A DNA stretch of 64,000 nt from Candidatus Poribacteria bacterium (GCA_963666305.1 OY762722.1:4707073-4771072); one strand, 5' to 3'; positions 48,788 through 59,361 are shown, counted from the first letter of the stretch. Made by a program: numbers and translations. The notes: generated from the sequence alone by a model not told the origin.

Positions 48788-51343
48788 TTAAACAACTATA
48801 TTGATAAGGTTACGTTTCGACACGACGATGACTTTCCGAATCGGTTTCCCTTCGATGAACCGCTGAACCCGCTCATCTGCGAGTGCGGTTTCCTCAATCT
48901 CTTTGTCGGTTGCATCGGCAGGAAGTTCAAGCCGGTTGCGGAGTTTTCCATTGACTTGGGCAATAATGGTTACGGTGGCACTTGTGAGTACAGCCTCATC
49001 ATGTGTGGGCCACTGTGAAAGCGCGATAAATCCTGTTTCGCCAAGACGATGCCACAACTCCTGCGCAATATGCGGTGCATAAGGGGAGAGCAGATGCAGG
49101 AAAATTTTCAAAATCTCCTTGGGTAACGACTTTGCTTGCGTAGCAGTGTTAACGAAAATCATCATCTGGCTAATCGCCGTATTCATTTTGTCAATAGACT
49201 CCGTGTCTTCCGTTACCTGCTTGATGGTCTTATGAAGTTCCCGCCAAAGTTCGGATTCCGTTGTGCCAGCAGCGTCGGTTAACTTCTCACTGAGTTCGCC
49301 GCTGTCTTCGTCAATTACAAGCCTCCAGGTGCGTTGAAGGAACCGGTAGACGCCCTCTACACCGGCATCCTGCCACGGTGTGCTGGCTGTGAATGGACCG
49401 ATAAACAGTAGGTAAAGGCGCAGGGAATCCGCGCCGTAATTGTCAATTACATCGTCCGAGTTGATGACATTAAAACGGGATTTGGACATCTTCTCTATCT
49501 GCGTTTGGAGGGACACACCAGAGGCTTTCGCAACGCATTCACCATCTTTTTCCTCGGCTTCGTGCGGATAGTAGTATTTGCCCTTAGCATCTTGGTAAGA
49601 TTGCGCGAGGATCGTCCCTTGGTTGAGTAGCCCTTGGAACGGCTCTTTTGTAGAGACTAATCCACAGTCGTAAAGCACCTTATGCCAAAAACGTGCGTAG
49701 AGCAGATGCAAAACGGCGTGCTCAGCACCTCCCATGTAGGAATCAACCGGCATCCAGTAGCGTTCAAGTTCAGGATCAAAAGGTGCCTCGGTATTGTGTG
49801 CGTCAAGGAACCGGAGGTAATACCAACAAGAGCCTGCCCATTGTGGCATGATGTTCGTTTCTCGCGTCGCTGTTTGACCATCGGGTAGCGTCACTTTCAA
49901 CCAGTTTGCGTCTGCGCGGGCAAGTGGCGGTTTGCCATCCTCTGTCGGTTTATAAGCATCAATAGGCGGTAGTTCAACTGGCAATTCCTCGTCTGGTAGT
50001 TGAACAATAGTGCCATCCTCAAGATGCGCAAGTGGGAAGGGTTCACCCCAATAGCGTTGCCGCGAGAAGAGCCAATCCCGTAACCGGTATTGAACTTGAC
50101 GCGTGCCTCTCTCCTCACTTTCGAGCCATGCGATCATCTTCTCCTTCGCATCAGCAACGCGCAAACCGTTGAGAAAATCGGAATTGACGCAAACACCGTC
50201 TCCTTCAAAAGGTGCTTCTTCTATCGGTTTTTCGCCTCCACTAATAACTTCGACGATGGGAATACCGAAAGCTGACGCGAATTCATGGTCGCGTTCATCA
50301 TGTCCGGGAACAGCCATGATGGCACCCGTGCCGTACGTCATCAGGACGTAGTCTGCAACCCAGATCGGGATAGGCGCGTTGTTGCACGGGTTGATCGCGT
50401 AGGCACCCGTGAAAACACCAGTTTTCTCTGTGGCGAGGTCTGTCCGTTGGAGATCGGATTTGTTGATGGCTTCTTTTACATAAGCATTAACAGCAGATGC
50501 AGCATCAGGGTGTGCTATCTCGGAGACGAGTGGATGTTCAGGTGCCAATACACAATAAGTTGCGCCGAAGAGTGTGTCTGGACGCGTTGTGAAAACGGTG
50601 AAGGTCTTATCACTATCCTTAATCTTGAAAGTGATGTCTGCGCCTTCCGATTTACCGATCCAGTTCCGTTGCATCTCCTTGAGACCCTCGGGCCAGTCCA
50701 ATACATTCAAGTCTTCCAGCAATCTGTCCGCATAGGCAGTAATTTTAAGCATCCATTGCCGCATCAGACGGCGCTCCACCGGATCTCCCGTTTCAACATA
50801 CTTTCCGTCCTTTACTTCTTCGTTTGAGAGGACGGTGCCTAACGCTGGACACCAGTTGACGGGGACATCAGCGAGATATGCCAGACCTTTTTCATAGAGT
50901 CGGAGGAAAATCCATTGCGTCCACCTATAATATTCTGGGACAGAGGTATCAATTTTACGGGACCAGTCGTAAGAGAAGCCGATGCGTTGCATCTGTTGCT
51001 GAAAGGTTTCCGTATTCCGTTCTGTAATGTGTGCCGGGTGTTCGTTTTCACGCACGGCTGTTCGTTCGGTCGGAAGTCCGAAAGCATCCCATCCCATCGG
51101 GTGCATGACGTGATACCCCTGCATCCTCCGAAAATTAGCAAATACATCGGACGGTACATAGTTCTTCGCGTGCCCGACGTGCAGTCCGGCACCCGAGGTA
51201 TAGGGAAACATTCCAAGCACATAAAATTTGGGCTTAGTCTTGAGTGTCTCGATATCGTTTGGTATTTTAAATGCTGATTTTTCTTGCCACTCGGCTTGCC
51301 AATAGGGTTCTATTTCTGCCGGGGCGTAAGGATGGTTCTCCAT
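48788..51343 (-). CDS. leuS: Leucyl-tRNA synthetase
   Basis: HVGHAKNY (HIGH) and KMSKS motifs; GGAGG RBS. Confidence 0.95.
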   Translation of the reverse strand: MENHPYAPAEIEPYWQAEWQEKSAFKIPNDIETLKTKPKFYVLGMFPYTSGAGLHVGHAKNYVPSDVFANFRRMQGYHVMHPMGWDAFGLPTERTAVRENEHPAHITERNTETFQQQMQRIGFSYDWSRKIDTSVPEYYRWTQWIFLRLYEKGLAYLADVPVNWCPALGTVLSNEEVKDGKYVETGDPVERRLMRQWMLKITAYADRLLEDLNVLDWPEGLKEMQRNWIGKSEGADITFKIKDSDKTFTVFTTRPDTLFGATYCVLAPEHPLVSEIAHPDAASAVNAYVKEAINKSDLQRTDLATEKTGVFTGAYAINPCNNAPIPIWVADYVLMTYGTGAIMAVPGHDERDHEFASAFGIPIVEVISGGEKPIEEAPFEGDGVCVNSDFLNGLRVADAKEKMIAWLESEERGTRQVQYRLRDWLFSRQRYWGEPFPLAHLEDGTIVQLPDEELPVELPPIDAYKPTEDGKPPLARADANWLKVTLPDGQTATRETNIMPQWAGSCWYYLRFLDAHNTEAPFDPELERYWMPVDSYMGGAEHAVLHLLYARFWHKVLYDCGLVSTKEPFQGLLNQGTILAQSYQDAKGKYYYPHEAEEKDGECVAKASGVSLQTQIEKMSKSRFNVINSDDVIDNYGADSLRLYLLFIGPFTASTPWQDAGVEGVYRFLQRTWRLVIDEDSGELSEKLTDAAGTTESELWRELHKTIKQVTEDTESIDKMNTAISQMMIFVNTATQAKSLPKEILKIFLHLLSPYAPHIAQELWHRLGETGFIALSQWPTHDEAVLTSATVTIIAQVNGKLRNRLELPADATDKEIEETALADERVQRFIEGKPIRKVIVVSKRNLINIVV

Positions 51344-51402
51344 ATTTTAAACTATGGCCTCCTGGACTGTCCTTCTTGTGCAAGCCTATAGAGGCTTACG
51401 GT

Positions 51403-51455
51403 TAACCATCTACTCGTCTCTGATACAATATCTAAATGCACGAGTAGATGGTTAA
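51403..51455 (-). promoter_or_regulatory. Long perfect hairpin in the leuS 5' leader (15-bp stem TTAACCATCTACTCG/CGAGTAGATGGTTAA, 23-nt loop), flanked by two smaller hairpins
   Basis: Seen directly; no T-tract; no T-box consensus recognised. Confidence 0.35.
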
Positions 51456-51781
51456 AATGTTTCGGGCAGGTTTTCGGTGAATCCGCGTCCGCTTCGGACA
51501 CCTGTAAGGTTTCTGTTCTCCATTTTTTATCTTGTTCATAGTGCTTTACAAGAATAAATTTTAACACAACTTCGCTGTATTGTCAAGCGGGCTATTCTCA
51601 GAGGTTTCTATAAACACGTCTCAGTGAAGAAAACGAAGCAGTTGATGATTTGTCATAATTTTTTGAAAAAAAATCAAAAGTATTGTAGAATGTTAAAATG
51701 ATACTTTATTAGACAGATGAAAATATTCCACCTACTACACAAGGACCTGTATTACTGTTTTAACGCTTGGTGAGGCACTTT

Positions 51782-53275
51782 ATGACTTCTACACAGCAAG
51801 TTTCTGCTCGCAAGCAGCGCAGAAATAAATTATCTCGACGGCAATTTCTACGTTATGGCACACTCTCGGCTGCATCTACAGCAGTCAGTCTCGGATTTTT
51901 AGGGTGTAGCCGAGCCTTGATTCAAAATGTACCGGGCTTCAGACCTGAACCGCCCTTTGAGTATGCGCCGAGTCCAAATCGTCTCCTTGACCTCCCCGAA
52001 GGATTCACCGCCCATGCCTTTTCGAGAACAGGTGAAAGCATGGACGACGGACTGTGGGTGCCGGGTGGACACGATGGTATGGCAGCTTATCCAGGTCCTA
52101 ACGGCAAGACTCTCCTCGTCCGAAATCACGAATTGACCGCCCCATCCAAAAACGTCGGACCTTTTGGGTGGAATAATGAGAAACTGGAACGTGCTGCCAT
52201 CGGCAATTTATACGACGCTGGATCCGGTGAATTACCTTGTATCGGTGGGACGACAACGCTCGTCTATGACACGCGAACACAAACGCTGGAGAAACACTTT
52301 CTCAGTTTAGTCGGGACGATCCGGAATTGTGCTGGCGGTTTAACCCCTTGGAACACATGGATAACCTGTGAAGAAACCATGCAGAAGGCAGAGGAAACGT
52401 ACGAGGTGGACCATGGGTACAATTTTGAAGTGCCTGCCTCCGCTGACATAGGATTGGCGGATCCGATCCCGTTGAAGGCAATGGGACGTTTCAATCATGA
52501 GGCAGTCGCTGTTGATCCCAAAACTGGAATTGTCTATCAAACGGAAGACAGAGGCGATAGTTTAATCTATCGGTTTATCCCAGAAACGCAGGGAGAACTC
52601 GCGGCAGGTGGCAAACTTCAGGCACTGAAAATTCGAGATACGAAGCGCGCGGATACCCGAAACTGGCAAAGTCGGATGCAGAAGATTTTCCCATGGACCT
52701 ACGACCCAATCCCAGTCGGAGAAACATTCGCCGTCGAATGGGTGGACATTGAGAACGTGGAATCGCCAGATGATGACCTCCGTATCCAAGGTGCTGAAGG
52801 CAAAGACGCGGCGAAGTTCGCACGCGGAGAAGGGATTTGGTACGGCAGTAATCAAGAACACGGAGAATTCTATATTGCCTGCACGAATGGCGGTATTGCG
52901 TACAAAGGGCAGATATGGAAATATATGCCGAGTCCTCATGAAGGCACAAGCCGCGAGGCGCAAGAGCCCGGCACACTCCAACTTTTCGTCGAACCCAACG
53001 ATAGGAATCTCATGGAAAACGCCGATAACCTGACTGTCACCCCCTGGGGCGATCTGATTATCTGCGAAGATGGTCCAGAAGAGGAGTTTCTGATCGGGAT
53101 AACGCCTGAAGGACATATTTATAGATTTGCTCGAAATGCTGGCAATATGTCTGAACTTGCGGGTGCGACCTTCTCGCCTGACGGCACAACACTTTTTGTG
53201 AACATCCAGAGCCCCGGAATTACGTTGGCACTTACCGGTCCTTGGCACGAGATTCGGCAGCGCCCCCTGGCATAA
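51782..53275 (+). CDS. Tat-secreted PhoX-like (DUF839) beta-propeller phosphatase family protein
   Basis: Twin-arginine motif SRRQFLRYG; ..NCAGGLTPWNTWITCEE.. and ..TPWGDLIICEDG.. motifs recalled for PhoX/DUF839; GGTGAGG RBS. Confidence 0.55.
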   Translation: MTSTQQVSARKQRRNKLSRRQFLRYGTLSAASTAVSLGFLGCSRALIQNVPGFRPEPPFEYAPSPNRLLDLPEGFTAHAFSRTGESMDDGLWVPGGHDGMAAYPGPNGKTLLVRNHELTAPSKNVGPFGWNNEKLERAAIGNLYDAGSGELPCIGGTTTLVYDTRTQTLEKHFLSLVGTIRNCAGGLTPWNTWITCEETMQKAEETYEVDHGYNFEVPASADIGLADPIPLKAMGRFNHEAVAVDPKTGIVYQTEDRGDSLIYRFIPETQGELAAGGKLQALKIRDTKRADTRNWQSRMQKIFPWTYDPIPVGETFAVEWVDIENVESPDDDLRIQGAEGKDAAKFARGEGIWYGSNQEHGEFYIACTNGGIAYKGQIWKYMPSPHEGTSREAQEPGTLQLFVEPNDRNLMENADNLTVTPWGDLIICEDGPEEEFLIGITPEGHIYRFARNAGNMSELAGATFSPDGTTLFVNIQSPGITLALTGPWHEIRQRPLA

Positions 53276-53329
53276 CGCTAACGTGCCCTTTTGACTGTTT
53301 CATTTGATTGAAGCCTTCCAGAATGAGTA

Positions 53330-53380
53330 AACCCAACACTTCATAAACGAACTTAAGTTGATTGAGGTGTTGGGTTTCAC
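53330..53380 (+). terminator. Hairpin after the PhoX-like gene (11-bp stem AAACCCAACAC/GTGTTGGGTTT, 28-nt loop)
   Basis: Perfect inverted repeat, followed by a T-rich stretch. Confidence 0.3.
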
Positions 53381-53493
53381 TATAATATCTATACTGCTGC
53401 CTACAAGATTTTAGTTAAGAGGTTTCCTGCGTTTTAGTATCGCAAACTATATGAGGTTTCAGAATTTAAATCGGTAATTTCTTAATGAGATCC

Positions 53494-53514
53494 GGTGCGG
53501 TTGCAAACCGCACC
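53494..53514. repeat. Palindromic element GGTGCGGTTGCAAACCGCACC (family C copy)
   Basis: Matches 42928-42949. Confidence 0.45.
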
Positions 53515-53858
53515 TACCGGGTCTGGGGAATGTATCAAATTACCGAAATATTTATTTAAACTTCATTTAGTTTGCGAACGTAGGGAAACCAGACTAACAG
53601 TCTATGCTACAACAATTGGCATAACCTAACAGATTCTGTACACGGGCAATAATTTAGGTGATTGCAGCGTCTATATGGCAACCTAAATGAATGGGCGTTC
53701 AATCCCTTTGCAGGTGCTGACACGACGTATCAGGTCGCTCAAACGTTATTTCGGAATTCTGTTGGCATTGAAATTTTCGTTTAGCATATCAATTAGCGAA
53801 AGAGAATATCAACTCACCACACGATCAAAACTGCGTGAGCTCTATCGAGAAATTCAGC

Positions 53859-54599
53859 ATGAAACGTATTACACCAAAAGAGATCACTGATTATATTGAG
53901 ACGAACATTCAAAACTTTTACCAGAGAAGATTGGATAAACTCCAAAATCTGAAGTTAATGGATATCGTCAGGCAAAAAAATCCGTATCTATTTAAGACGA
54001 AAAACATTAGCATCGCACCAGAATTTGTAAAGATCCTCTTGGATGACCATCTATCCTTGCAAGAAGAAACGACTTTGGGTAAGTTTCTGGAGAAACTTGC
54101 GATTTTTATTTCTGCAGAGGTATACGGCGGTCAAAAGTCTTCTACAGAAGGGATCGACTTAGAGTTTGAAAGAGATAATATAAGATACATTGTATCAATT
54201 AAATCTGGACCAAACTGGGGAAATAGTAGTCAAGTCGCAAAACTGCGAGACAACTTCAGGAAAGCGAAACGAATTCTTAGAACGAATACATCATCGGCAA
54301 ATGTTGTCGCTGTCAATGGATGCTGCTATGGAAAAGATGGAACACAGGATAAGGGAGACTACCTGAAATTGTGCGGACAAAAATTTTGGGAATTTATTTC
54401 AGGTAATAATAACCTCTACACTGACATCATTGAACCGTTGGGACATCAAGAAAAAAAGAAAAAGGAGCAGTTTAGTGAAGAGTATGATAAAGCCCTGAAT
54501 AGGCTTAACTTTGAATTCATTGGAAAATTTTGTGATGCAGATGGAAGCATGCTTTGGGAGGAAATCGTCAAATTTAATTCGGCAGAGACCACACCTTGA
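53859..54599 (+). CDS. Orphan PD-(D/E)xK nuclease, type II restriction-endonuclease-like, in an AT-rich islet
   Basis: ..GIDLEFERDNIRYIVSIKSGPNWGNSSQ.. fits a D..ExK nuclease core; GC is far below flanking genes; no methyltransferase nearby; GTG at 53835 is an alternative start. Confidence 0.35.
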   Translation: MKRITPKEITDYIETNIQNFYQRRLDKLQNLKLMDIVRQKNPYLFKTKNISIAPEFVKILLDDHLSLQEETTLGKFLEKLAIFISAEVYGGQKSSTEGIDLEFERDNIRYIVSIKSGPNWGNSSQVAKLRDNFRKAKRILRTNTSSANVVAVNGCCYGKDGTQDKGDYLKLCGQKFWEFISGNNNLYTDIIEPLGHQEKKKKEQFSEEYDKALNRLNFEFIGKFCDADGSMLWEEIVKFNSAETTP

Positions 54600-54670
54600 A
54601 AACTAATTCGGACTCAATTCACTCCAACCTACCTTATCAATAACCCAAGTTGCCACCTAATTTATAGACA

Positions 54671-54751
54671 TAGCACCCCTACGGGGTGCGGTTGCTTAAA
54701 TATGCCGTTTTCTATTCTCACTGCGAAGCAATAGCACCCCTACGGGGTGAA
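54671..54751. repeat. Two copies of palindromic TAGCACCCCTACGGGGTG (family D), the first fused to GGTGCGGTTGC of family C
   Basis: Direct repeats 54671-54688 and 54734-54751; stem CACCCC/GGGGTG. Confidence 0.45.
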
Positions 54752-54856
54752 AAAGTGCCCGAAAATCTTCTTAAAACGTTCAAAACTCATTAGTAGCAAC
54801 TTGGGTTATCAATAGCTTAACCCCTAACGAAAACCATACACCCTAACCGCGCAACA

Positions 54857-57643
54857 TCAATGTGCTCGCCTTTTGGCGGCTAAGAGTCGAGTCATCGAAG
54901 CTTCTGCGGGTTGTGGAGGCGTTGTGTCTTCTGCAACGCGTCTATTCGATGGCATAGTGTCGTCTATAGGTACGTGTATGGTTTGGACCTCTGCGGGACC
55001 GCCCACGGATTTTCCACGGAATCGAGCGAAGAGTCGCGATTCGGAGATCGCTCCTACAAGACGGTGCGTTATGCTGAAACGCCGGAGGATCATCTCTAAC
55101 ACAAACAAAATAGCGGCGACAACCAATAATGCTTGTGCAAGTGAAGCCTGTCTTTCGATTGGCATCCCCGCCGGTGCCGCTATCTGTGCGGGTGTCGGTT
55201 CGTGAATACCAGCGGTGGCAGTTGTGAGCATCTTTAACGAGGCAGTGTTGACGTTAAACTCTGCATATTCTGCCGGATAAGGGAGCGACAGGGTTTCGAC
55301 GCTTCTACGCGTATCGCCTTCACGCTCGGCTGTGACGATATAGGACCCACTGTCCTGCATCTGAAATGTGCCGCTGTAACGTGTCGGTGTAACCTGCTGG
55401 ATTTCAACGATCTCGCTTGCGCGATCTGGATCTACGACGTGTACCTTATAAGACGCTTCTGATGGTATTCGCGTATCAATATTGACCTCCGCCACGCCGT
55501 GGTGCATAGACACCCTGAGATCGAAATCAGAACCTGCGTCTACCGCGGGTAGCGTCCAATTGATAACCTGTCCCCAAAATTTTCCGAAGTTATGCCACGG
55601 AATCCACGATTTTGCCCACGCTGATTTAACATCTGATGTCCACGCGATCGCTTTTCCCAAGCCGAAATTCCAACCAGCGAGGATCGGTTCGTCTTTATGC
55701 GATTGGATGAACACCTGTGCAGTCTCTTTTTCTGTTGTCGCGACATATCCATGGAGTGGTGGTGGCGTGCCGATACTTGCCACAATTGATTCAGTTGCCG
55801 TAGCAATAACGGGCTGAAAGGTTTCTTGAACGATGTAACGCTGCGTTTCTCGGACGGCTTCCGTCAAAATCACTGGCAATTGTTGAACGTTTTCCACAAA
55901 CACCGCACGCCCATCACCGCTCTCTGCGAACTGCATGAGAAGTTTCTTGTTCGCGTCGCCTATCGCGATTGTTGTAATGCCGATCTGTGCTTTAGCAATC
56001 TGTTCGGCTAAACCAAGAAAAGCGAACGTATCACCATCAGATTTACCGTCTGATAAGAGAACGATGTGCTTCCGTTTCGCGTCGTTTGATTTGAGCATCT
56101 CGTATGCTCGTTTCGTAGCCTCTTTCATCTTCGTGGTGCCACCTGTCGGTCTAAGCCGACTTACGGTTTGGCGGAGTGCATCGTGATCCGATGTAAGATC
56201 AGAGATAGTGTGAACATCTATGTTGAAACCGAGAATTCCGGCTTCATCTTCCTCATCAAGATTGCGGATGCCGGCACGAACCCCTTCAATTGCGAGTCCA
56301 ATTTTCTGCCGCGTCTCGACGTAGTTTGCCATACTCCCCGATGTATCAAGCACAAAAACAATTGCGACAGCATCTTTGCGTTCACGTGGTATCATTTCCA
56401 CGGGTAATGCGCGTTCCAATGCTGTATCGGTATAGCCTCCGGGCCCGAATGCGTGTTCGCCACCAATCACCACTAATCCGTGTCCGAGGTCTCGGACATA
56501 ATTCTCAATGCTTTGCAACTGCTCAGATGAAAGCGTCTCTGCAGAAACGTTGCTCAGAATTAGTACCTGGCTGCGTTGGAGTTCCACTAACTCCGCTGGC
56601 ATCTCTGTAAGGGATATTGCCTCGACGACGAAGCCGTTCTCCTCAAGGACAGTTTCCAGTGCCGCAGTGTATGCCATATCTCCTTCTACGTATAGGGCGT
56701 GTGGTTTATCCTGAATTGTCACAACCCCATGCCCCTGATTATTCTCGGGAATTTCGTCGGTTACGTTTAGCTTCAGCGTATATCTATGGTTTCCTTCTTC
56801 TAAAAACTGTTTAGGTTCAGGGGTTAAGGAAAGGCGGTGTATCCCGCTTGGCAATGTCCATTCAAATTCGTCAGTTGACCTGTCATTATGATAGAGAGTG
56901 GCGGTTAACGTGAGGATACTACCATCAGTTTCGATCACTGTACCCATCTCAAAACTTTGTCCTTTGCGAACTTGAGACGGCATCTGCAGCTGTACGACGC
57001 GAACTGCATCGTTAACAGTACCGAGAGGTGTCGTTAATATCTCAACATTGCTTGCCGAGAGCAACGGAAGGAAATCTTTGAGGGATATTCCGCCAGCGTT
57101 GTGGATTCCATCGCTAAATAGGACTATCCGTCGATGGTAATTGTCTGGTAATAAGGCGATTGTTCGCTTGAGCGCGGTAAGTACATCGGTGCCATCTCGC
57201 CGGATCGTTCGTTCTGCGAGTGTTTCCGAGGTCACTATAGACGCGATTTCCGTTGGTTGATTTTGTTTCTGGCGGATTTCCAGTAGGACCCCGGTTTTCC
57301 TTGCAAAACTGATAATGCCGAATTTGTCAGTTGGTTTCAATTTTGAGACAGCGGCGTTTATCTGTTTAGATACCTCTTCGTATTGTGTGGGAGGGATGCT
57401 TTCGGAAGCATCAATTAGGAAAACGACAGCGAGACGTTGTTCCTTGTGCGTCCGGTGCAGATTGGCTAAGGCGAGGATTGCACATAGAAGTGCGGCACCC
57501 CTAAGGAAGAAGGTTACGCGCTTTCGCCACTTCGCTGTGCTGAGGCGTGCTCTCCGCTGCCCAAAGATTAACACAGGAATCGCAGCGAGTAGGATCAGGA
57601 AGAATGGGGTTTGAAAATCAAACATTTTGAGAAGGTAAGCCAT
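54857..57643 (-). CDS. BatA/BatB-like protein with N-terminal TM helices, two VWA domains and a C-terminal TM anchor
   Basis: VWA MIDAS motifs (DASES..; DTSGSM..); N-terminal FDFQTPFFLILLAAIPVL as in BatA; start ATG 57643 is 1 nt after the upstream gene's stop. Confidence 0.7.
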   Translation of the reverse strand: MAYLLKMFDFQTPFFLILLAAIPVLIFGQRRARLSTAKWRKRVTFFLRGAALLCAILALANLHRTHKEQRLAVVFLIDASESIPPTQYEEVSKQINAAVSKLKPTDKFGIISFARKTGVLLEIRQKQNQPTEIASIVTSETLAERTIRRDGTDVLTALKRTIALLPDNYHRRIVLFSDGIHNAGGISLKDFLPLLSASNVEILTTPLGTVNDAVRVVQLQMPSQVRKGQSFEMGTVIETDGSILTLTATLYHNDRSTDEFEWTLPSGIHRLSLTPEPKQFLEEGNHRYTLKLNVTDEIPENNQGHGVVTIQDKPHALYVEGDMAYTAALETVLEENGFVVEAISLTEMPAELVELQRSQVLILSNVSAETLSSEQLQSIENYVRDLGHGLVVIGGEHAFGPGGYTDTALERALPVEMIPRERKDAVAIVFVLDTSGSMANYVETRQKIGLAIEGVRAGIRNLDEEDEAGILGFNIDVHTISDLTSDHDALRQTVSRLRPTGGTTKMKEATKRAYEMLKSNDAKRKHIVLLSDGKSDGDTFAFLGLAEQIAKAQIGITTIAIGDANKKLLMQFAESGDGRAVFVENVQQLPVILTEAVRETQRYIVQETFQPVIATATESIVASIGTPPPLHGYVATTEKETAQVFIQSHKDEPILAGWNFGLGKAIAWTSDVKSAWAKSWIPWHNFGKFWGQVINWTLPAVDAGSDFDLRVSMHHGVAEVNIDTRIPSEASYKVHVVDPDRASEIVEIQQVTPTRYSGTFQMQDSGSYIVTAEREGDTRRSVETLSLPYPAEYAEFNVNTASLKMLTTATAGIHEPTPAQIAAPAGMPIERQASLAQALLVVAAILFVLEMILRRFSITHRLVGAISESRLFARFRGKSVGGPAEVQTIHVPIDDTMPSNRRVAEDTTPPQPAEASMTRLLAAKRRAH

Positions 57644-57644
57644 A

Positions 57645-59348
57645 TTATTGGCTGCGGAGTTCCTCGAAATATGCTTCTGCTGTTTTCGTTTCTGCGGCGT
57701 GCGACATGTTATAACGTTCGCATAACGCGATGTATTCATCAATCAGCGTCTGCCGTTTCTGAGCTGGCATCTCGCCACCGGCAACGATCCTTGCCTTGTA
57801 GGCGGGGATAGAGGCTTTCTCCACACGCGCCCGGATTTCTGGTTTCTGGGAAACCAGTGCTAACGCTTGTTGGAAATAGTCAAAGATAGTCTGTGTGCTT
57901 TCTGCGTCTAAGCCGATATCTTCTGGGGTCGGGAAGCACCGTGGGTGAAGACTTCTCGCCTCAACGTTGTCGTGAAGGTAGGTGATATACTCCAAAATTG
58001 GAGGTGCCGCGGCTTCGTAGTGGAGATTCACAAATTCGGTTAAAAGCGCGTTCGCGTCAAGATGTGGGTTCCAGATGAGGTGCGAGATTAGGTAATTCCG
58101 TAGATCGGAAAATTCGCCTGTTAACCCATTGCCGTTTGCCTGCATGAAAATCCCCTTGGCGTTGTTGCGCAAGAAATAACGGACATTGGGAGCAATACTC
58201 TGCAGATTCGGGAACGGCAAATCGTAGGCGCGGAAATTGGTATTGTAATTCCAGATCCAGATGTCGTTACAGATTCTTCCCCACTCAATGGTATCTTGAC
58301 AGAAGGCTTGATTCTGTTCACAGTCTGGATTGTCAATGGCGTGAAGGGTGCAACATTCGATGCTACAGAGCTGAATTTGCACGTTGTACCGCGGTGTCAC
58401 CGTCTTCGGTGGTTTGCGTGTATACCAATACGCCAATGTACCGATCTTGACATGCGGATGCCCTTTCTCAATACGTTCTGCGACAGCATTGACGAATGTC
58501 AATTGTGATCCCATGGGTGAGCCTTCTGCTTCATTGAGTGCCTCGCACGGTTCACACCGACAGTATGCCGCCGTATCGGCTTGACTCACACTGATATTGG
58601 TGGCTTCTGGACGCTCTGTAAGCTGCTGAATTGCGGATTCCGCAGCAATTTCGATAACTTCGGGATTCGTTACGCATAACTGAGGTCCTCCGCCGTGTGT
58701 ATCTGTATCCCGCTTTCCATCTACGAGGGCATAATACTCAGGATGACTTTCGCCGTACGCGCCGTAAGGCACTAATGCGTGAAACGAATGGTTGATAAGT
58801 TGCTGTTGGGTTTTCCCACCAAGGTTTTCTGCATCCGTGACGGTATTGACTTTCCGTTTAGCGGCGAATTCCGGGACTTCTGAGTTCTCTCGGTAATAGC
58901 TCCATCGGAACGAAAAAGGTGGAGCGTAAGTATAACGACCAGATGGGATTTCGAGTGCAGATGCATCGGAGACATGAGTATGCCCAGCGGTTAAAAATCG
59001 GATATCGACGAGTTCCTCAAGGAATTGGTACACGGCGTAAAGCGTTCCACGCGGTCTACCCCCGTTAATTTGAATCTGTCCATCTTCAACGATGATTTCG
59101 ATATCCTCATCGCCCAGATCAGTTGACCCACTGATGATGATTTTCCCACGATTAGCGTCGGGGTCATCACGCTGTGTATCCAGTGATAAGGTCAGTCCAG
59201 TCGCTTGGCTAAACCATTTTTGGAACTCTTCGGCAGCGTAGCGTTCAGCAGCGGTAGCATCATCGGAGACAATGATATACCAATCCTGCCTCGCCGAAAT
59301 TGATACATTCCCACCAGCCGGGTGAAAAACGAGGGTTTTGTGAGTTGA
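57645..59348 (-). CDS. DUF4838-like (GH20-related) protein, probable glycoside hydrolase
   Basis: Size and the ..YAPPFSFRWSYYREN.. region recalled for DUF4838; tentative. Confidence 0.45.
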   Translation of the reverse strand, partial: STHKTLVFHPAGGNVSISARQDWYIIVSDDATAAERYAAEEFQKWFSQATGLTLSLDTQRDDPDANRGKIIISGSTDLGDEDIEIIVEDGQIQINGGRPRGTLYAVYQFLEELVDIRFLTAGHTHVSDASALEIPSGRYTYAPPFSFRWSYYRENSEVPEFAAKRKVNTVTDAENLGGKTQQQLINHSFHALVPYGAYGESHPEYYALVDGKRDTDTHGGGPQLCVTNPEVIEIAAESAIQQLTERPEATNISVSQADTAAYCRCEPCEALNEAEGSPMGSQLTFVNAVAERIEKGHPHVKIGTLAYWYTRKPPKTVTPRYNVQIQLCSIECCTLHAIDNPDCEQNQAFCQDTIEWGRICNDIWIWNYNTNFRAYDLPFPNLQSIAPNVRYFLRNNAKGIFMQANGNGLTGEFSDLRNYLISHLIWNPHLDANALLTEFVNLHYEAAAPPILEYITYLHDNVEARSLHPRCFPTPEDIGLDAESTQTIFDYFQQALALVSQKPEIRARVEKASIPAYKARIVAGGEMPAQKRQTLIDEYIALCERYNMSHAAETKTAEAYFEELRSQ

Positions 59349-59361
59349 CATAACTATTACC

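Noticed and set aside
51344-51766. T-box riboswitch upstream of leuS
   Set aside because: No AATTAGGGTGG..T-box consensus and no specifier-loop architecture was recognised; only generic hairpins are reported.
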